Below are positions 29,820 through 40,603 of a stretch of 64,000 bases of DNA, in pieces. The translations under genes were made by a program, and so were the position numbers. The notes under the pieces are model-generated. The model was not told where the DNA came from. It saw only the letters and a list, made by a program, of their open reading frames with translations, and made no database searches. This DNA comes from Spirochaetia bacterium (GTDB lineage: Bacteria > Spirochaetota > Spirochaetia > UBA9216): NCBI GenBank assembly GCA_963677925.2, contig CAXXYH010000004.1:384001-448000 (forward strand), read 5' to 3'. Every line of letters begins with the position of its first letter. Position 1 is the stretch's first letter.

Positions 29820-31667
29820 ATGGATAAGAAAACGCTATTAGCGATTATCCTTTCAACAGTTGTAATTTCCGCCGGATTCCTTATCCAGGCAAAATTTTTT
29901 CCTGCCCCGGAGCAGGAGGTCGTAGAAGAAACAGCAGTAACTCAGACTGAGGAAGTTCAGCAGACAGCAGCAGTACAGAATATTCCAAAGAGTCAGTCTG
30001 CTTCTTCAGACGAACTTATTTATACTGAAGATCAGGATGATATTATTGCCCAGACAATAACTGCTGAAACTGAAAGATTTATTATTACATTTTCCAATGA
30101 AGGCGGAGTTCTGACTTCACTGAAGCTTAAAGAACATCTTGATATGGGTGAACCTCTTGAGATGATTTTTGCCGGAGACAGCGGAAAAGCAGCCTTTGAG
30201 CTTTCTTTCGGTGACTGGAAGGCTGTGCCTGTAGATGATAAATTTAAATTCAAAAGACTTGATGATTATACATTTCAGTTCTATAGAACCTATCTTGCAC
30301 CTGCAGATGCTGCCGGTAACCGGGTTCCGTTTGTTCTGACAAAAACATATAAGTTTACTCCAGAAGACTACATGCTTGAGCTAAGAATTGGTATTGAAAA
30401 TTCTGTTAATAAAATTCCGTCTCTTAACTTTGACGGCTATTCTTATACTCTGAGTTTTGTGCCTCAGATTGGTCCGGAGTTTACAAAACTTGATAACCGG
30501 TATTTTTACAGGCGCTTTTATACTTATGAAGGTAAAAAAGCCAGTGTTGAGAAAATAAAGGATAATTATCTTGTACTGGAAGACCGCGTTACATGGACCG
30601 GAGTTGCAGGTAAATATTTTGCTGCAATAGCAGTTCCTGATGCAACGCAGTATGAAATTACGCTGTCTGAGATGGTTGAAGGAAGTCTTCCTCAGAGCAA
30701 TGAAATTTTCTTTTCAAGACCTCCTGTAAAGAGTTCAAACAGTGAAGATGTTTTCAAATTTTATATGGGTCCGAAGCTCAAAAGATATCTTCTCCCTTAT
30801 AATTCAGCTGATGAAAACGGCTTTGCCATGAAAGATCTGAACCTTGATGAAATTGAAGATTCAAGCTCAATTCTTGGATGGCTTGAATGGATTCTTCAGA
30901 AGATTCTTGTTCTTGCTTATAAACTTATACCTAATTACGGTATCGGAATTATTATTCTGACAATAATCATGAAGGTTGTACTCTTTCCGTTTACTAAGAA
31001 GAGTTACCAGTCTACAGCTAAAATGTCTGCTCTTTCACCGAAAATGGAAGAGCTGAAAGCTCAGTATAAAGACCAGCCTCAGAAACTTAATGCTGCAATG
31101 GGTGAACTTTATAAGAAAGAAGGTGTCAGTCCCATGGGCGGATGTCTGCCTATGCTTCTGCAGTTTCCGGTCTTTATAGCCATGTACGGTCTTATGAATA
31201 AGTACTTTGAGTTCAGAGGAGCTGTATTCATTCCCGGGTGGATTAATGACCTGGCAATGCCGGAATCCATTCTGCATTTTGCAGGAACCCTTCCTTTCCT
31301 TGGGTGGTCGGATTTAAGACTTCTTCCGATTATATTTGTAGGAACACAGATTCTGAGTCAGAAGATTATGCAGAGCAACCAGACTTCAGCAGCCGCAGGT
31401 AATATGAAGATGATGATGTACATGATGCCTGTTATGTTCTTCTTTATACTTTATAACGCACCGTCAGGATTGCTGGTTTACTGGATTTTCTCAAACCTTT
31501 TTACAATGCTTCAGCAGATGTATACTAATAAGCATCTTAAACCTGCAGCAGCCGGTAAAGGCGGAGCAGATCTAAAAATAGCAGGAAATGACAATGATTC
31601 GGCAGATAATAAAAAAAAGGTTGTGCCTCCAGCCAAAAAGAAGCCGAAAAAGAAGGGTAAGCGCTAA
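29820..31667 (+). CDS. yidC: Membrane protein insertase YidC
   Basis: NYGIGII, GGCLPMLLQFP, WINDL, PSGLLVYW. Confidence 0.96.
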   Translation: MDKKTLLAIILSTVVISAGFLIQAKFFPAPEQEVVEETAVTQTEEVQQTAAVQNIPKSQSASSDELIYTEDQDDIIAQTITAETERFIITFSNEGGVLTSLKLKEHLDMGEPLEMIFAGDSGKAAFELSFGDWKAVPVDDKFKFKRLDDYTFQFYRTYLAPADAAGNRVPFVLTKTYKFTPEDYMLELRIGIENSVNKIPSLNFDGYSYTLSFVPQIGPEFTKLDNRYFYRRFYTYEGKKASVEKIKDNYLVLEDRVTWTGVAGKYFAAIAVPDATQYEITLSEMVEGSLPQSNEIFFSRPPVKSSNSEDVFKFYMGPKLKRYLLPYNSADENGFAMKDLNLDEIEDSSSILGWLEWILQKILVLAYKLIPNYGIGIIILTIIMKVVLFPFTKKSYQSTAKMSALSPKMEELKAQYKDQPQKLNAAMGELYKKEGVSPMGGCLPMLLQFPVFIAMYGLMNKYFEFRGAVFIPGWINDLAMPESILHFAGTLPFLGWSDLRLLPIIFVGTQILSQKIMQSNQTSAAAGNMKMMMYMMPVMFFFILYNAPSGLLVYWIFSNLFTMLQQMYTNKHLKPAAAGKGGADLKIAGNDNDSADNKKKVVPPAKKKPKKKGKR

Positions 31668-31699
31668 AGAGAAAGTTATGTCTCTAAGGAGTTTAATAT

Positions 31700-32350
31700 A
31701 TGATCAAAGAATTTGAAGGTAAGACAGAGAAGGAGGCAATTGATAAAGCAGTAGAAGAACTTGGAATAGATCGGGAAGAATTCGACGTTGAAATTATAAA
31801 CAAGCCGAAAAGCGGGTTATTCCGCAAAGGAAACGTCAAAATAAAGGTATATATCGGAGATTCTGATGATTCAGATGAAACCAGCATTGATGATTTTGAA
31901 AAACAGATTATTGATTACCTTGAAAAACTTATAGAGAAAATGGGTTTTCCGGGAAAAGGAAAAATCGTTTTCAGAGAAGAAAACAAGATTGGACTAGAAA
32001 TTGAATCTCAGTATACAGGTATTTTAATTGGAAGAAAGGGAAAAAACCTTGATTCAATACAGCTTTTGCTGAATGTATATGCCGGAAGACTCGGCAGTGA
32101 ATGCAGAATCATCCTTGATGCCGAGAATTACAGAGAACGCCGTGAAGAAAACCTTGTTAAACTTGCTAAGAAAAGTGCTGAACAGGTTAGAAGAACCAGA
32201 GGTTCCAGATTACTTGAACCAATGAATCCTTTTGAAAGAAGACTTGTTCATACAACACTTAATGAACTGACAGATATTGATACTATCAGCGAAGGTGAAG
32301 GACTGTATAAACAGATAAGAGTACTTTACCGTGGTGATGTTAGAAACTGA
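31700..32350 (+). CDS. jag: Jag/EloR (KhpB) RNA-binding protein
   Basis: Jag N-domain, KH (LIGRKGKNL), R3H (MNPFERRLVH). Confidence 0.93.
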   Translation: MIKEFEGKTEKEAIDKAVEELGIDREEFDVEIINKPKSGLFRKGNVKIKVYIGDSDDSDETSIDDFEKQIIDYLEKLIEKMGFPGKGKIVFREENKIGLEIESQYTGILIGRKGKNLDSIQLLLNVYAGRLGSECRIILDAENYRERREENLVKLAKKSAEQVRRTRGSRLLEPMNPFERRLVHTTLNELTDIDTISEGEGLYKQIRVLYRGDVRN

Positions 32351-32373
32351 TTAATTACTGCTAATTGCTTCCA

Positions 32374-32402
32374 GCCCCGCTTTTCCCGAAGCGGGGTTTT
32401 TT
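32374..32402 (+). terminator. Intrinsic terminator
   Basis: GCCCCGCTT-loop-AAGCGGGGT followed by a T-run. Confidence 0.8.
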
Positions 32403-32420
32403 AATTAATAAAGAAAAGAA

Positions 32421-33479
32421 TTAACTGTTTGGTGTGTGTTTCTTTGCAAGAAGGAAGAAAAAGCCTACTACCATAATCCATAGAACAATTGTGAGATTAA
32501 TAATCCAGCCTGCGCCGCATAGAGTCCAGGAAAAAACAGTTGCTGAAAGTATTATGCTTATGATGTATAAAACAGAAAGAATCTGCTTTACGCTTAGATT
32601 TTTGTCCATCAGCTTATGATGTATATGTTCTCTGTCCGGAAAAAACATTGACTGACCTCTCATCTTTCTTCTAAGCATTGATGTAAGAGTATCCAGAACC
32701 GGGATAAAAATTAGACTGATAGCAATAATCAGAGACATATCAGTAATGCGGTTCATTTCAATAAGAGGCATTGTGGCAATAGCAAAGCCTATGAACAGGC
32801 TGCCAGAGTCACCCATAAAAATTTTTGCCGGCGGAAAATTAAATACCAGAAAACCCAGAATGGAACCGAAGAGTGCAAAGGCTACTATGGCTGTGGCGGT
32901 ACTTCCGATTGAAATAGAAATAAGAGCAGTAAAAAGTGCGGCAATAGCACTTAACCCACCGCTAAGACCATCCATTCCATCTATAAGATTAACCGCATTA
33001 CATACGCCAATAATCCAGACTCCGGTTAGTATATAGCCCAGAAAACCAATATCAAGGGTTACATTGATAAAAGGAATTCGTATCATTTCGAATGTGCGTC
33101 CCGGAATCATTATTATCAGGGTTGCGGCAATCTGGATAACAAACTTAATATATGGATTCAGACTCTTAAAATCATCAATGAGTCCGATTATATGTATCAT
33201 TAAATAGGCTATAAAAAAGATAAGTATACGCTGAGGAGGAATATTAAGTCCGATTGCACCGGATTTAATTGAAATAAGCATTCCAACAAGCAAACCTGCA
33301 GACATCGATATAAATATCCCTATGCCGGCCAGCCTTGGCACATTTCCTGTATGAATCTTCCGGTGATCAATATCATCATACCATTCATTTTTATGACTCA
33401 GATGAATGAGAATTGGTATTATTATTACACAAAAACCAAATGAAAGAAGTCCAGCGAGTATTAAAGGAAGACCATACAT
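32421..33479 (-). CDS. WecA/TagO-like undecaprenyl-phosphate GlcNAc-1-P transferase (MraY family)
   Basis: RKIH, PRLAG, GLIDD, NAVNLIDGMDGL, FMGDSGS, DREHIHH; start likely ATG 33479. Confidence 0.9.
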   Translation of the reverse strand: MYGLPLILAGLLSFGFCVIIIPILIHLSHKNEWYDDIDHRKIHTGNVPRLAGIGIFISMSAGLLVGMLISIKSGAIGLNIPPQRILIFFIAYLMIHIIGLIDDFKSLNPYIKFVIQIAATLIIMIPGRTFEMIRIPFINVTLDIGFLGYILTGVWIIGVCNAVNLIDGMDGLSGGLSAIAALFTALISISIGSTATAIVAFALFGSILGFLVFNFPPAKIFMGDSGSLFIGFAIATMPLIEMNRITDMSLIIAISLIFIPVLDTLTSMLRRKMRGQSMFFPDREHIHHKLMDKNLSVKQILSVLYIISIILSATVFSWTLCGAGWIINLTIVLWIMVVGFFFLLAKKHTPNS

Positions 33480-33581
33480 ATAGACCAATATTAGTTCAGG
33501 TAATCCGCAGTGTCAATCATATATCTGTCCTTGTTTTTTTCATTATAGATCCTTATATTTAAAGATACGGAGATATCTATC

Positions 33582-35012
33582 GTGGAATACAAAGTAAAAG
33601 ACATAAATCTGGCCGATTGGGGCCGGAAAGAAATTGAGATCGCAGAACATGAAATGCCGGGCCTTATGGCGATCAGGGCAAAATATTCTAAGGAAAAACC
33701 GCTAAAAGGGCTTAGAATAACCGGTTCACTTCACATGACAATTCAGACAGCAGTGCTAATTGAGACTCTCGTTGAACTTGGAGCCGATGTAAGATGGGCA
33801 AGCTGTAATATTTTTTCAACCCAGGATCATGCTGCTGCAGCTATTGCTGTAGGACGGCCTGAGAACGGCGGAACAGTTGATAATCCTAAGGGTGTTCCTG
33901 TATTTGCCTGGAAGGGTGAAACACTCGAAGAATACTGGGAGTGTACCCTTGATGCGCTTAGCTTTCCGGGAGGAAAGGGACCAAACCAGATTGTTGATGA
34001 CGGAGGCGATGCAACCCTGCTTATCCACAAGGGTGTTGAACTTGAAGGCGGAGACGGATGGGCTAAGACTGCTTCAGCAAAGCACGAAGAAAAGGTAATC
34101 AAAGACCTCCTTCTTAAAGTTAACAGTGAGAACGCATCATTTTTCACGGATATGGCAAAGGAAATACGCGGATGTTCCGAGGAAACAACAACAGGAGTTC
34201 ACCGTCTTTACCATATGATGGAAGAGGGAAGCCTGCTATTTCCCGCTATTAATGTTAATGACAGTGTAACAAAGAGCAAGTTCGATAACCTCTACGGCTG
34301 CCGGGAGTCACTTGCTGACGGTTTGAAGCGGGCAACTGATGTAATGATTGCCGGTAAGGTAGCTGTTGTGTGCGGCTACGGCGACGTAGGCAAGGGCTGT
34401 GCGCAGTCAATGCGCGGATTCGGTGCCAGAGTCGTTGTTACTGAAATAGACCCAATATGCGCCCTTCAGGCCTCAATGGAAGGATTTGAAGTAAGTACTG
34501 TTGAAGACACACTTGGAACCGGAGACATCTATGTTACAACAACCGGTAATAAGGATGTTATAACCGCTGATCACATGAGTAAAATGAAAGATCAGGCAAT
34601 AGTCTGCAATATCGGTCACTTCGATAATGAGATTCAGGTTGATGAGCTGAATGCATGGAAGGGCATAGAAAAGATTAATGTTAAACCTCAGGTTGATAAA
34701 TATGTCTATGCAGACGGTCATGAAATTTTTCTTCTTGCCGAAGGCAGGCTTGTGAACCTGGGATGTGCTACCGGGCACCCCTCATTTGTCATGTCCAACT
34801 CTTTTTCAAACCAGACGCTTGCTCAGATAGATTTAGCTGAAAATGACTACAAACCTGGAGTATACCGTCTTTCAAAGAAGCTTGATGAAGAGGTAGCAAG
34901 GCTGCACCTTGAAAAGATAGGTGTAAAGCTTACTAAACTTTCAAAAGATCAGGCCGATTATATCGGAGTAGATGTAGAGGGTCCCTATAAACCTGAACAC
35001 TACAGATACTGA
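33582..35012 (+). CDS. ahcY: Adenosylhomocysteinase
   Basis: [46 protein letters not shown]. Confidence 0.98.
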   Translation: MEYKVKDINLADWGRKEIEIAEHEMPGLMAIRAKYSKEKPLKGLRITGSLHMTIQTAVLIETLVELGADVRWASCNIFSTQDHAAAAIAVGRPENGGTVDNPKGVPVFAWKGETLEEYWECTLDALSFPGGKGPNQIVDDGGDATLLIHKGVELEGGDGWAKTASAKHEEKVIKDLLLKVNSENASFFTDMAKEIRGCSEETTTGVHRLYHMMEEGSLLFPAINVNDSVTKSKFDNLYGCRESLADGLKRATDVMIAGKVAVVCGYGDVGKGCAQSMRGFGARVVVTEIDPICALQASMEGFEVSTVEDTLGTGDIYVTTTGNKDVITADHMSKMKDQAIVCNIGHFDNEIQVDELNAWKGIEKINVKPQVDKYVYADGHEIFLLAEGRLVNLGCATGHPSFVMSNSFSNQTLAQIDLAENDYKPGVYRLSKKLDEEVARLHLEKIGVKLTKLSKDQADYIGVDVEGPYKPEHYRY

Positions 35013-35035
35013 TTCGTTTTATAACTTTTCATATT

Positions 35036-35078
35036 AAGCTTTTCCGGTCCTTTGCTTACTTGAACCGGAAGGGCTTTT
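35036..35078 (+). terminator. Probable terminator after ahcY
   Basis: AAGCTTTTCCGGT...ACCGGAAGGGCTT followed by TT. Confidence 0.6.
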
Positions 35079-35268
35079 AAATAAACATCTTGAAAAAGAT
35101 GATCATTTTGTACCGGTTCCCATAACCGGGGCAATCTAAGGAGTAATAGAAAATAACATTCAGCTTTTTCAAAGCTTCTGTTATTTTTTATTTAAGAGAA
35201 ATCAAATTACATTTGATTTTTCCCTCCTCCTGATTCCGCATCCATGCGGAAAAAATAAGGAGAATAAA

Positions 35269-36432
35269 ATGGAAAATAGAAACTATCTTTTCACTTCCGA
35301 ATCGGTAAGTGAAGGTCATCCCGACAAATTATGTGATCAGATCTCTGATGCAGTTCTTGATGCATGTCTGGCAGATGATCCACAGTCCAGAGTAGCCTGT
35401 GAAACGTTTACAACAACCGGAATGGTACTTGTAGGCGGAGAAATCACAACCAACACCTATGTGGATGTGCAGGAAATAGCAAGAGGAGTAGCCAAAAAAA
35501 TCGGCTATGTAAAACCCGAATACGGACTGGACTGCGAATCCATGGCGGTACTCAATACAATTCACAGCCAGTCGCCCGATATCTCCCAGGGAGTTACCGA
35601 CGGTGCAGGACTGTATAAGGAACAGGGAGCCGGAGATCAGGGAATGATGTTCGGCTTTGCCTGTAAGGAAACACCTGAACTTATGCCTGCACCTGTAATG
35701 TTTTCACATCAGATACTGCTGAAAGCAGCTGATATGAGAAAATCAGGAAAACTAATGTGGCTCAGGCCGGATTCAAAGAGCCAGGTAACAATTGAATATG
35801 AAGGATTTACACCAAAAAGAATCGATACTGTTGTAGTAAGCCACCAGCACGATGATGATGTATCATATGAAGAGATAAAAGAAAGTATAATAAAGAAGAT
35901 AATCAAACCGGTACTTGAGCCAACCGGATTACTTGCAGATGATACGAAGTTTTTCATCAACCCGACCGGACGTTTTGTAATAGGCGGTCCACATGGAGAC
36001 TCAGGACTTACCGGACGTAAAATCATAGTAGATACCTACGGCGGAATGGGCCGGCATGGAGGCGGAGCATTCAGCGGTAAGGATCCGTCCAAGGTCGACC
36101 GATCGGCAGCATACATGGCACGATACGTAGCCAAGAACATAGTAGCGGCAGATCTCTGTGAAAGATGTGAGGTAGAGCTTGCCTATGCGATAGGTGTGCC
36201 CTTTCCTGTATCAGTAATGGTGGATACTTTTGGTACATCAAAGGTCCCTGAGGCAGTAATAGAGGCGGCAGCAGAAAAGGTTTTTGATCTGACACCGGCA
36301 GGAATAATAAAAACTCTTGATCTTAAAAAACCGATCTTCCAGGAAACCGCTGCCTACGGACATTTTGGCCGGGATATCTTTTCCTGGGAAAAAACTGATA
36401 AAGTTAAAGAATTATTGAAAGAAATATCTTAG
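35269..36432 (+). CDS. metK: Methionine adenosyltransferase
   Basis: [28 protein letters not shown]. Confidence 0.98.
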   Translation: MENRNYLFTSESVSEGHPDKLCDQISDAVLDACLADDPQSRVACETFTTTGMVLVGGEITTNTYVDVQEIARGVAKKIGYVKPEYGLDCESMAVLNTIHSQSPDISQGVTDGAGLYKEQGAGDQGMMFGFACKETPELMPAPVMFSHQILLKAADMRKSGKLMWLRPDSKSQVTIEYEGFTPKRIDTVVVSHQHDDDVSYEEIKESIIKKIIKPVLEPTGLLADDTKFFINPTGRFVIGGPHGDSGLTGRKIIVDTYGGMGRHGGGAFSGKDPSKVDRSAAYMARYVAKNIVAADLCERCEVELAYAIGVPFPVSVMVDTFGTSKVPEAVIEAAAEKVFDLTPAGIIKTLDLKKPIFQETAAYGHFGRDIFSWEKTDKVKELLKEIS

Positions 36433-36447
36433 TTTTAATAAAAAAAT

Positions 36448-36489
36448 CCCCATTCTGCTTGATTTTTGGACAGAATGGGGTTATTTTTT
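36448..36489 (+). terminator. Intrinsic terminator after metK
   Basis: CCCCATTCTG...CAGAATGGGG followed by TTATTTTTT. Confidence 0.75.
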
Positions 36490-36578
36490 ACAGATTATCG
36501 GTCATTGACCGATATATTTACGGTTTTTTCTGTTTTAGAAGAATAAGTTTTAGAACGATGTTAAAAACTTATATTTTC

Positions 36579-36607
36579 TTGACAGCTAAAAATGGGGTTG
36601 GTATAAT
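36579..36607 (+). promoter_or_regulatory. Perfect consensus sigma70 promoter with extended -10
   Basis: TTGACA-N17-TATAAT, preceded by TGn. Confidence 0.85.
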
Positions 36608-36685
36608 TACCCCTAAATAGTATGAAAAATGGGATACAAACGGGCCGTTGGCTTGATCCCAAAATTTTGGAGGAAGTGAAATAGT

Positions 36686-37912
36686 ATGAAAAAAATAGCA
36701 CTTGTCCTTGCACTTCTGATGGTAATCGGAATGGGCGCATTTGCTCAGGTTGAAGCCTTTGTTTATGCAGAAATGGATACATCAGTAAGTATCGATCTTG
36801 AAACAGAAGAGCTCGCTCTTACAAACGCTCCGTTTGCAATGCTCCAGTTCAAATTCGGTGAGAATGTAGCAACTGAAGCTGGTGATGGTGTTTACGGTTC
36901 AATTTCTGTAAACAATCTTGAAGGTAACTACAGAGCATACGCACTTAGCGGCGACTGGTCAGATCTTACCTACGAAATGCACAGTGCAAAAGACCACTGG
37001 TCAGAAATGATCACTTGGGATGCAAGAATCGTTATGGGTCCTGCATACTTTAAAATTGATGGCGATGAGTCAATCAAAGCTAATGATGCAAGTCTTTCAA
37101 ACGTTGTTGATGACTACTCTCTCATCGGTCTTGATGTAGACGGCGCTCTCGTTTCTTTTGCAAAAGACGGTTCAGTTGAAGCTGGATACTCTGTTGAAAA
37201 CGTAATGGACATCGCTGTAGAATTCGGCGTTGTTAACGGAACTTTCGACACAGCAGGATATGCTCTTGATGCAGCAGTTTCTGTAACAGCAGTTCCCGGC
37301 CTCAGCCTTGATGCTAACTTCGTAACTGGTTTTGGTTCATACAGTGGATCAGATTCTGGTGTAGCAGTTGCAGTTGGATACGATGTAGCAGTTGGTGACA
37401 TGACACTTACTCCTTACGTTGGATTTGACGGAATTCTCGGAACTGAGTTTGCTTTCCAGATTGGTGGTGGTGCATCACTTACTTGGGACAGCGAAATGGG
37501 CGGAAAAGTTGGCGGAAGCGGATCTGATCCTCTTTCAAGATTCTTTGATGCTTCTGATAACTGGGTAGACGCAGGTCTTACAGTTGCTGCTGATTTCGAT
37601 TCAGTTACTGAAGATGTAAACGTAAAAGTTTCACATGCTTATGCTCCTGTTGAGAACCTTACAACTGTAGCTCTCGTTGAAGCTGGAACAGTTATTAACA
37701 ATGCTGTTTTCGGAATGGGTGCTTATGTTGACTACACAATGGGCGACATTAAACCACATTGCGGTTTCAAATACACAGAAGCTGCTACAGCTCTTGATCT
37801 TGGCGTAGCTTACACAGCTATCCCACAGACAAAGATTTATGCTAACTACATCTCTGATGACTTAGCAAACGACAGTGGCGCAATTACACTTGGTGCTGTT
37901 ATCAGCAACTAG
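36686..37912 (+). CDS. Putative major outer-membrane/outer-sheath beta-barrel protein
   Basis: Signal peptide ending AFA; acidic, Gly/Ala/Val-rich amphipathic strands; strongly biased codons; perfect promoter, GGAGG SD and its own terminator. Confidence 0.7.
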   Translation: MKKIALVLALLMVIGMGAFAQVEAFVYAEMDTSVSIDLETEELALTNAPFAMLQFKFGENVATEAGDGVYGSISVNNLEGNYRAYALSGDWSDLTYEMHSAKDHWSEMITWDARIVMGPAYFKIDGDESIKANDASLSNVVDDYSLIGLDVDGALVSFAKDGSVEAGYSVENVMDIAVEFGVVNGTFDTAGYALDAAVSVTAVPGLSLDANFVTGFGSYSGSDSGVAVAVGYDVAVGDMTLTPYVGFDGILGTEFAFQIGGGASLTWDSEMGGKVGGSGSDPLSRFFDASDNWVDAGLTVAADFDSVTEDVNVKVSHAYAPVENLTTVALVEAGTVINNAVFGMGAYVDYTMGDIKPHCGFKYTEAATALDLGVAYTAIPQTKIYANYISDDLANDSGAITLGAVISN

Positions 37913-37930
37913 TCTTAATTAGTTACTTAC

Positions 37931-37959
37931 AAGCCGCTTCTTTTGAAGCGGCTTTTTTT
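37931..37959 (+). terminator. Intrinsic terminator
   Basis: AAGCCGCTTC-TTTT-GAAGCGGCTT followed by a T-run. Confidence 0.88.
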
Positions 37960-38047
37960 ATGCTTTGAACTAAGTATTGGTAAGGTACAGGAAGATTTTT
38001 AAAAGTTTAATTATTATAGAATTGAGTTTATATGTAGTTAATAAACT

Positions 38048-38092
38048 AAATATCAAAACTCAGAAAGTTTAACTTTTTAAGTTTTGATATTT
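38048..38092. repeat. AT-rich inverted repeat (13-bp perfect outer arms)
   Basis: AAATATCAAAACT ... AGTTTTGATATTT with an inner stem. Confidence 0.8.
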
Positions 38093-38152
38093 GTTATTGC
38101 TTAGAAATTTCACGTTTAAATAAAATAAAAGGTGTTTTGCAAGAAGGGATAT

Positions 38153-38965
38153 TTATAAGTTTCTCTCTTTCTTTATCTGATCCCAGGCATTCTGTATTTC
38201 AATAAACTTTGTTTTTGCAAGTTTCTGAAACTCTTCCGGAAGTCCTTTTGATGAAACCTTGTCAGGATGATACTCTGATACCAGTTTACGGTAAGCTTTT
38301 TTAACTTTATCATTGCTGTCCGATGGGGTGCAGCCTAATACAGAGTAGGCTGATGACCCTGCTGAATAGGAGTTATAGCTGTTGGAAGACGAGTAAGAAG
38401 TATAAGGTGCCTTCATCTGTGCAAATTGTTCGTCACTTATATGAAATATATGAACAGCATCTCTAATGAGTGTCTCTTCATCTGCGCTTATACCGTTGTC
38501 TTCGTGAGCTACTCTAAGCATGATATCGATCATCAGGGTAAGAATCTGAGGCTGGAATCTGAATTCACGGTAAAACTGATTTGCAAACTGGTAAAAAGTT
38601 TCTGAAGCATTGATTGCTGTATTAAAGATTCGGATTGCACTGTTTTTTGTAGCAGCATCCATCTTTAAATCCACATCCATGAATTCTTCTACTTTTCTTC
38701 TTTCTTTATCTGAAACATTTCCATCTATTGCGGCCAGTTTAGCCAGCATAGAGAAGGCTCCGACAAAGAACGTCATCTGGTTATGCTGCGTACGGTTCAT
38801 CCTTGTTCCGTACATATTCGAATATTTATCGGAAAACTCTCCCTCAGTAAATTTGGAAGCAGATCCGGAAATAAAAGAACCGAATGCGGCACCGGCTATA
38901 GCTCCGATAGGACCTCCGAAGAATAAACCTATAGTTCCGCCTATTAAAGTTCCTAGACAACTCAA
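38153..38965 (-). CDS. djlA: DjlA-like co-chaperone (TM + TerB-like + J domain)
   Basis: Gly-rich N-terminal TM (GGPIGAIAGA), AKLAAIDG, C-terminal J domain with HPDK. Confidence 0.88.
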   Translation of the reverse strand: MSCLGTLIGGTIGLFFGGPIGAIAGAAFGSFISGSASKFTEGEFSDKYSNMYGTRMNRTQHNQMTFFVGAFSMLAKLAAIDGNVSDKERRKVEEFMDVDLKMDAATKNSAIRIFNTAINASETFYQFANQFYREFRFQPQILTLMIDIMLRVAHEDNGISADEETLIRDAVHIFHISDEQFAQMKAPYTSYSSSNSYNSYSAGSSAYSVLGCTPSDSNDKVKKAYRKLVSEYHPDKVSSKGLPEEFQKLAKTKFIEIQNAWDQIKKERNL

Positions 38966-38978
38966 TTTATTACCTCAC

Positions 38979-39004
38979 AAAAAAGGCGGACTAAATGTCC
39001 GCCT
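38979..39004 (-). terminator. Intrinsic terminator between the glycosidase and djlA
   Basis: AGGCGGAC-loop-GTCCGCCT followed by a U-run on the minus strand. Confidence 0.7.
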
Positions 39005-39008
39005 GAGT

Positions 39009-40433
39009 TTATAATTTATCTATAAGCATCGAACATTTACCCGAAGGAATAGGCAATGTTTTTTTCTTCTGCTCATCAAGAATATTTATTGTAAAATAGT
39101 ATAGTTTTTCAGATTCAAGTCTTATTTCCCAGCCTCTACCGCTCTTATTACTTAAAATGGTAATAAGATTTCTCTTTAAGGAAAGATTTTCTATTCCCAT
39201 AATTTCAAGTGTCGGCATTATCCAGTCAACGGTTTTTCGAGGCAGGCTTATATACAAACCGAGTATATTTTCGACCATAAGAGTAACTGTTGATAAGGCT
39301 GTATATGCAAGAAGAACAGGTCTTGGAAAACCGGCCTTATCACTCCATTTTGCAGGACCGTCTTTAGCAGGAAGATACGCTTCAAAGATATTGCCCTTCT
39401 CCTTGCCTTCAGGATGTAGTGTATCAAGCATGAAATAAAGATGTCTGATAGAACATTCTCTTGCCAGTTCATATCTTGCGTACTTTTCCAGTCCTTTTAC
39501 AACCATAAAGGTGAAAGGAGGTACAACTGAACCTCTATAACCTTCTCCATCTTCACTGTATGCCGGTTCAGATACCGCAAGTGTCGGAAAAGGATTATCT
39601 GTTCCAAAGCTGTCGGGATTTTTAAGATGTTCTATAAGAGCATTGGCTCTGTCTTCATTTGGTATCTCTGCAAGAAGCGGCCAGAATGAGGCAATGGTTT
39701 TAACCTTGACCTGGGATTCATTTTTATCCAGATCATAATAAATACCTTCTTCATCATTCCACATAAGAGATGAAATACGGGTTTTTAATGAAAAATATTT
39801 CCGTTTATATTTAAAACTCAGTTCCTTATCATTCAGGATATCCCCGATTTCAGACATATATAGAGCATTTACTGCCTGCTGAGCATTAAAGTCGACCGGA
39901 TAGTACATACCATCGCGAGGTGAGTTTTCCATCAGGGTGGCTGCAAGAGGTACTGAGTACAGACCGTTGCTCTGTTTGAATGTCTTTTCCAGCCAGGAGA
40001 AATATTTCTCGAGATATACTATTATATCTTTAAGCCTCTTTTTATTCCCTTCTTTATGGTACAGATTATATTCTGCCCAGGAAAACAGAGGCGGATGCAC
40101 GCATTCAGGATTATCATCAGTAAATACTGCCTTTCCGGTTTCTTCGCGGTAAATACCTCTTATTGCGCCGCTTTCTTCCTGTTTGGCATAAAACAGATCC
40201 AGGGACGGGATCGCTGGAAACTGATTATTACTGTATACCAGGAAAAATGTTGAAAGACATGATTCAAACTGATTTATTGTTTCACTTTCTGGATAATTGA
40301 AATAGGTTTTCGGAAGTCCGTTTTTTGAATTTCCTTTCTTCCATGAGTCCTGAAGCCAGGCCCATGTTTTTTCATAAAGGTCTACAAAATCTTGATCGTA
40401 GAAATGAACAGCAGGGAAACCTTTCTTTACCAA
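39009..40433 (-). CDS. (alpha/alpha)6 glycoside hydrolase, MGH1/GH63/trehalase-like
   Basis: HPPLFSWAE, MENSPR, MWNDEEGIYYD, IASFWPL, YRGSV, FEAY. Confidence 0.75.
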   Translation of the reverse strand: MVKKGFPAVHFYDQDFVDLYEKTWAWLQDSWKKGNSKNGLPKTYFNYPESETINQFESCLSTFFLVYSNNQFPAIPSLDLFYAKQEESGAIRGIYREETGKAVFTDDNPECVHPPLFSWAEYNLYHKEGNKKRLKDIIVYLEKYFSWLEKTFKQSNGLYSVPLAATLMENSPRDGMYYPVDFNAQQAVNALYMSEIGDILNDKELSFKYKRKYFSLKTRISSLMWNDEEGIYYDLDKNESQVKVKTIASFWPLLAEIPNEDRANALIEHLKNPDSFGTDNPFPTLAVSEPAYSEDGEGYRGSVVPPFTFMVVKGLEKYARYELARECSIRHLYFMLDTLHPEGKEKGNIFEAYLPAKDGPAKWSDKAGFPRPVLLAYTALSTVTLMVENILGLYISLPRKTVDWIMPTLEIMGIENLSLKRNLITILSNKSGRGWEIRLESEKLYYFTINILDEQKKKTLPIPSGKCSMLIDKL

Positions 40434-40603
40434 TTATTAAACCTCATTCTTAAAGTGTAGTCATATATAACTTATTATTTTATCATGAATAAATGTAGAA
40501 TTGACCGTCATGACTATTATAAGATAATATTAAAGATATCTCAAGTCAAATTGGAAAAAAGAGGAAAATCTGAAAATTACGTTTATTTTATGGGAAATTA
40601 AAT

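Noticed and set aside
33489-33581. Possible SAH riboswitch upstream of ahcY
   Set aside because: The spacer is ~90 bp, AT-rich and shared by divergent promoters; no riboswitch consensus.
34021-34029. Perfect DnaA box TTATCCACA inside ahcY
   Set aside because: Isolated, and explained by the conserved LIH codons.
38106-38121. parS-like AATTTCACGTTTAAAT
   Set aside because: Too many mismatches to TGTTTCACGTGAAACA.
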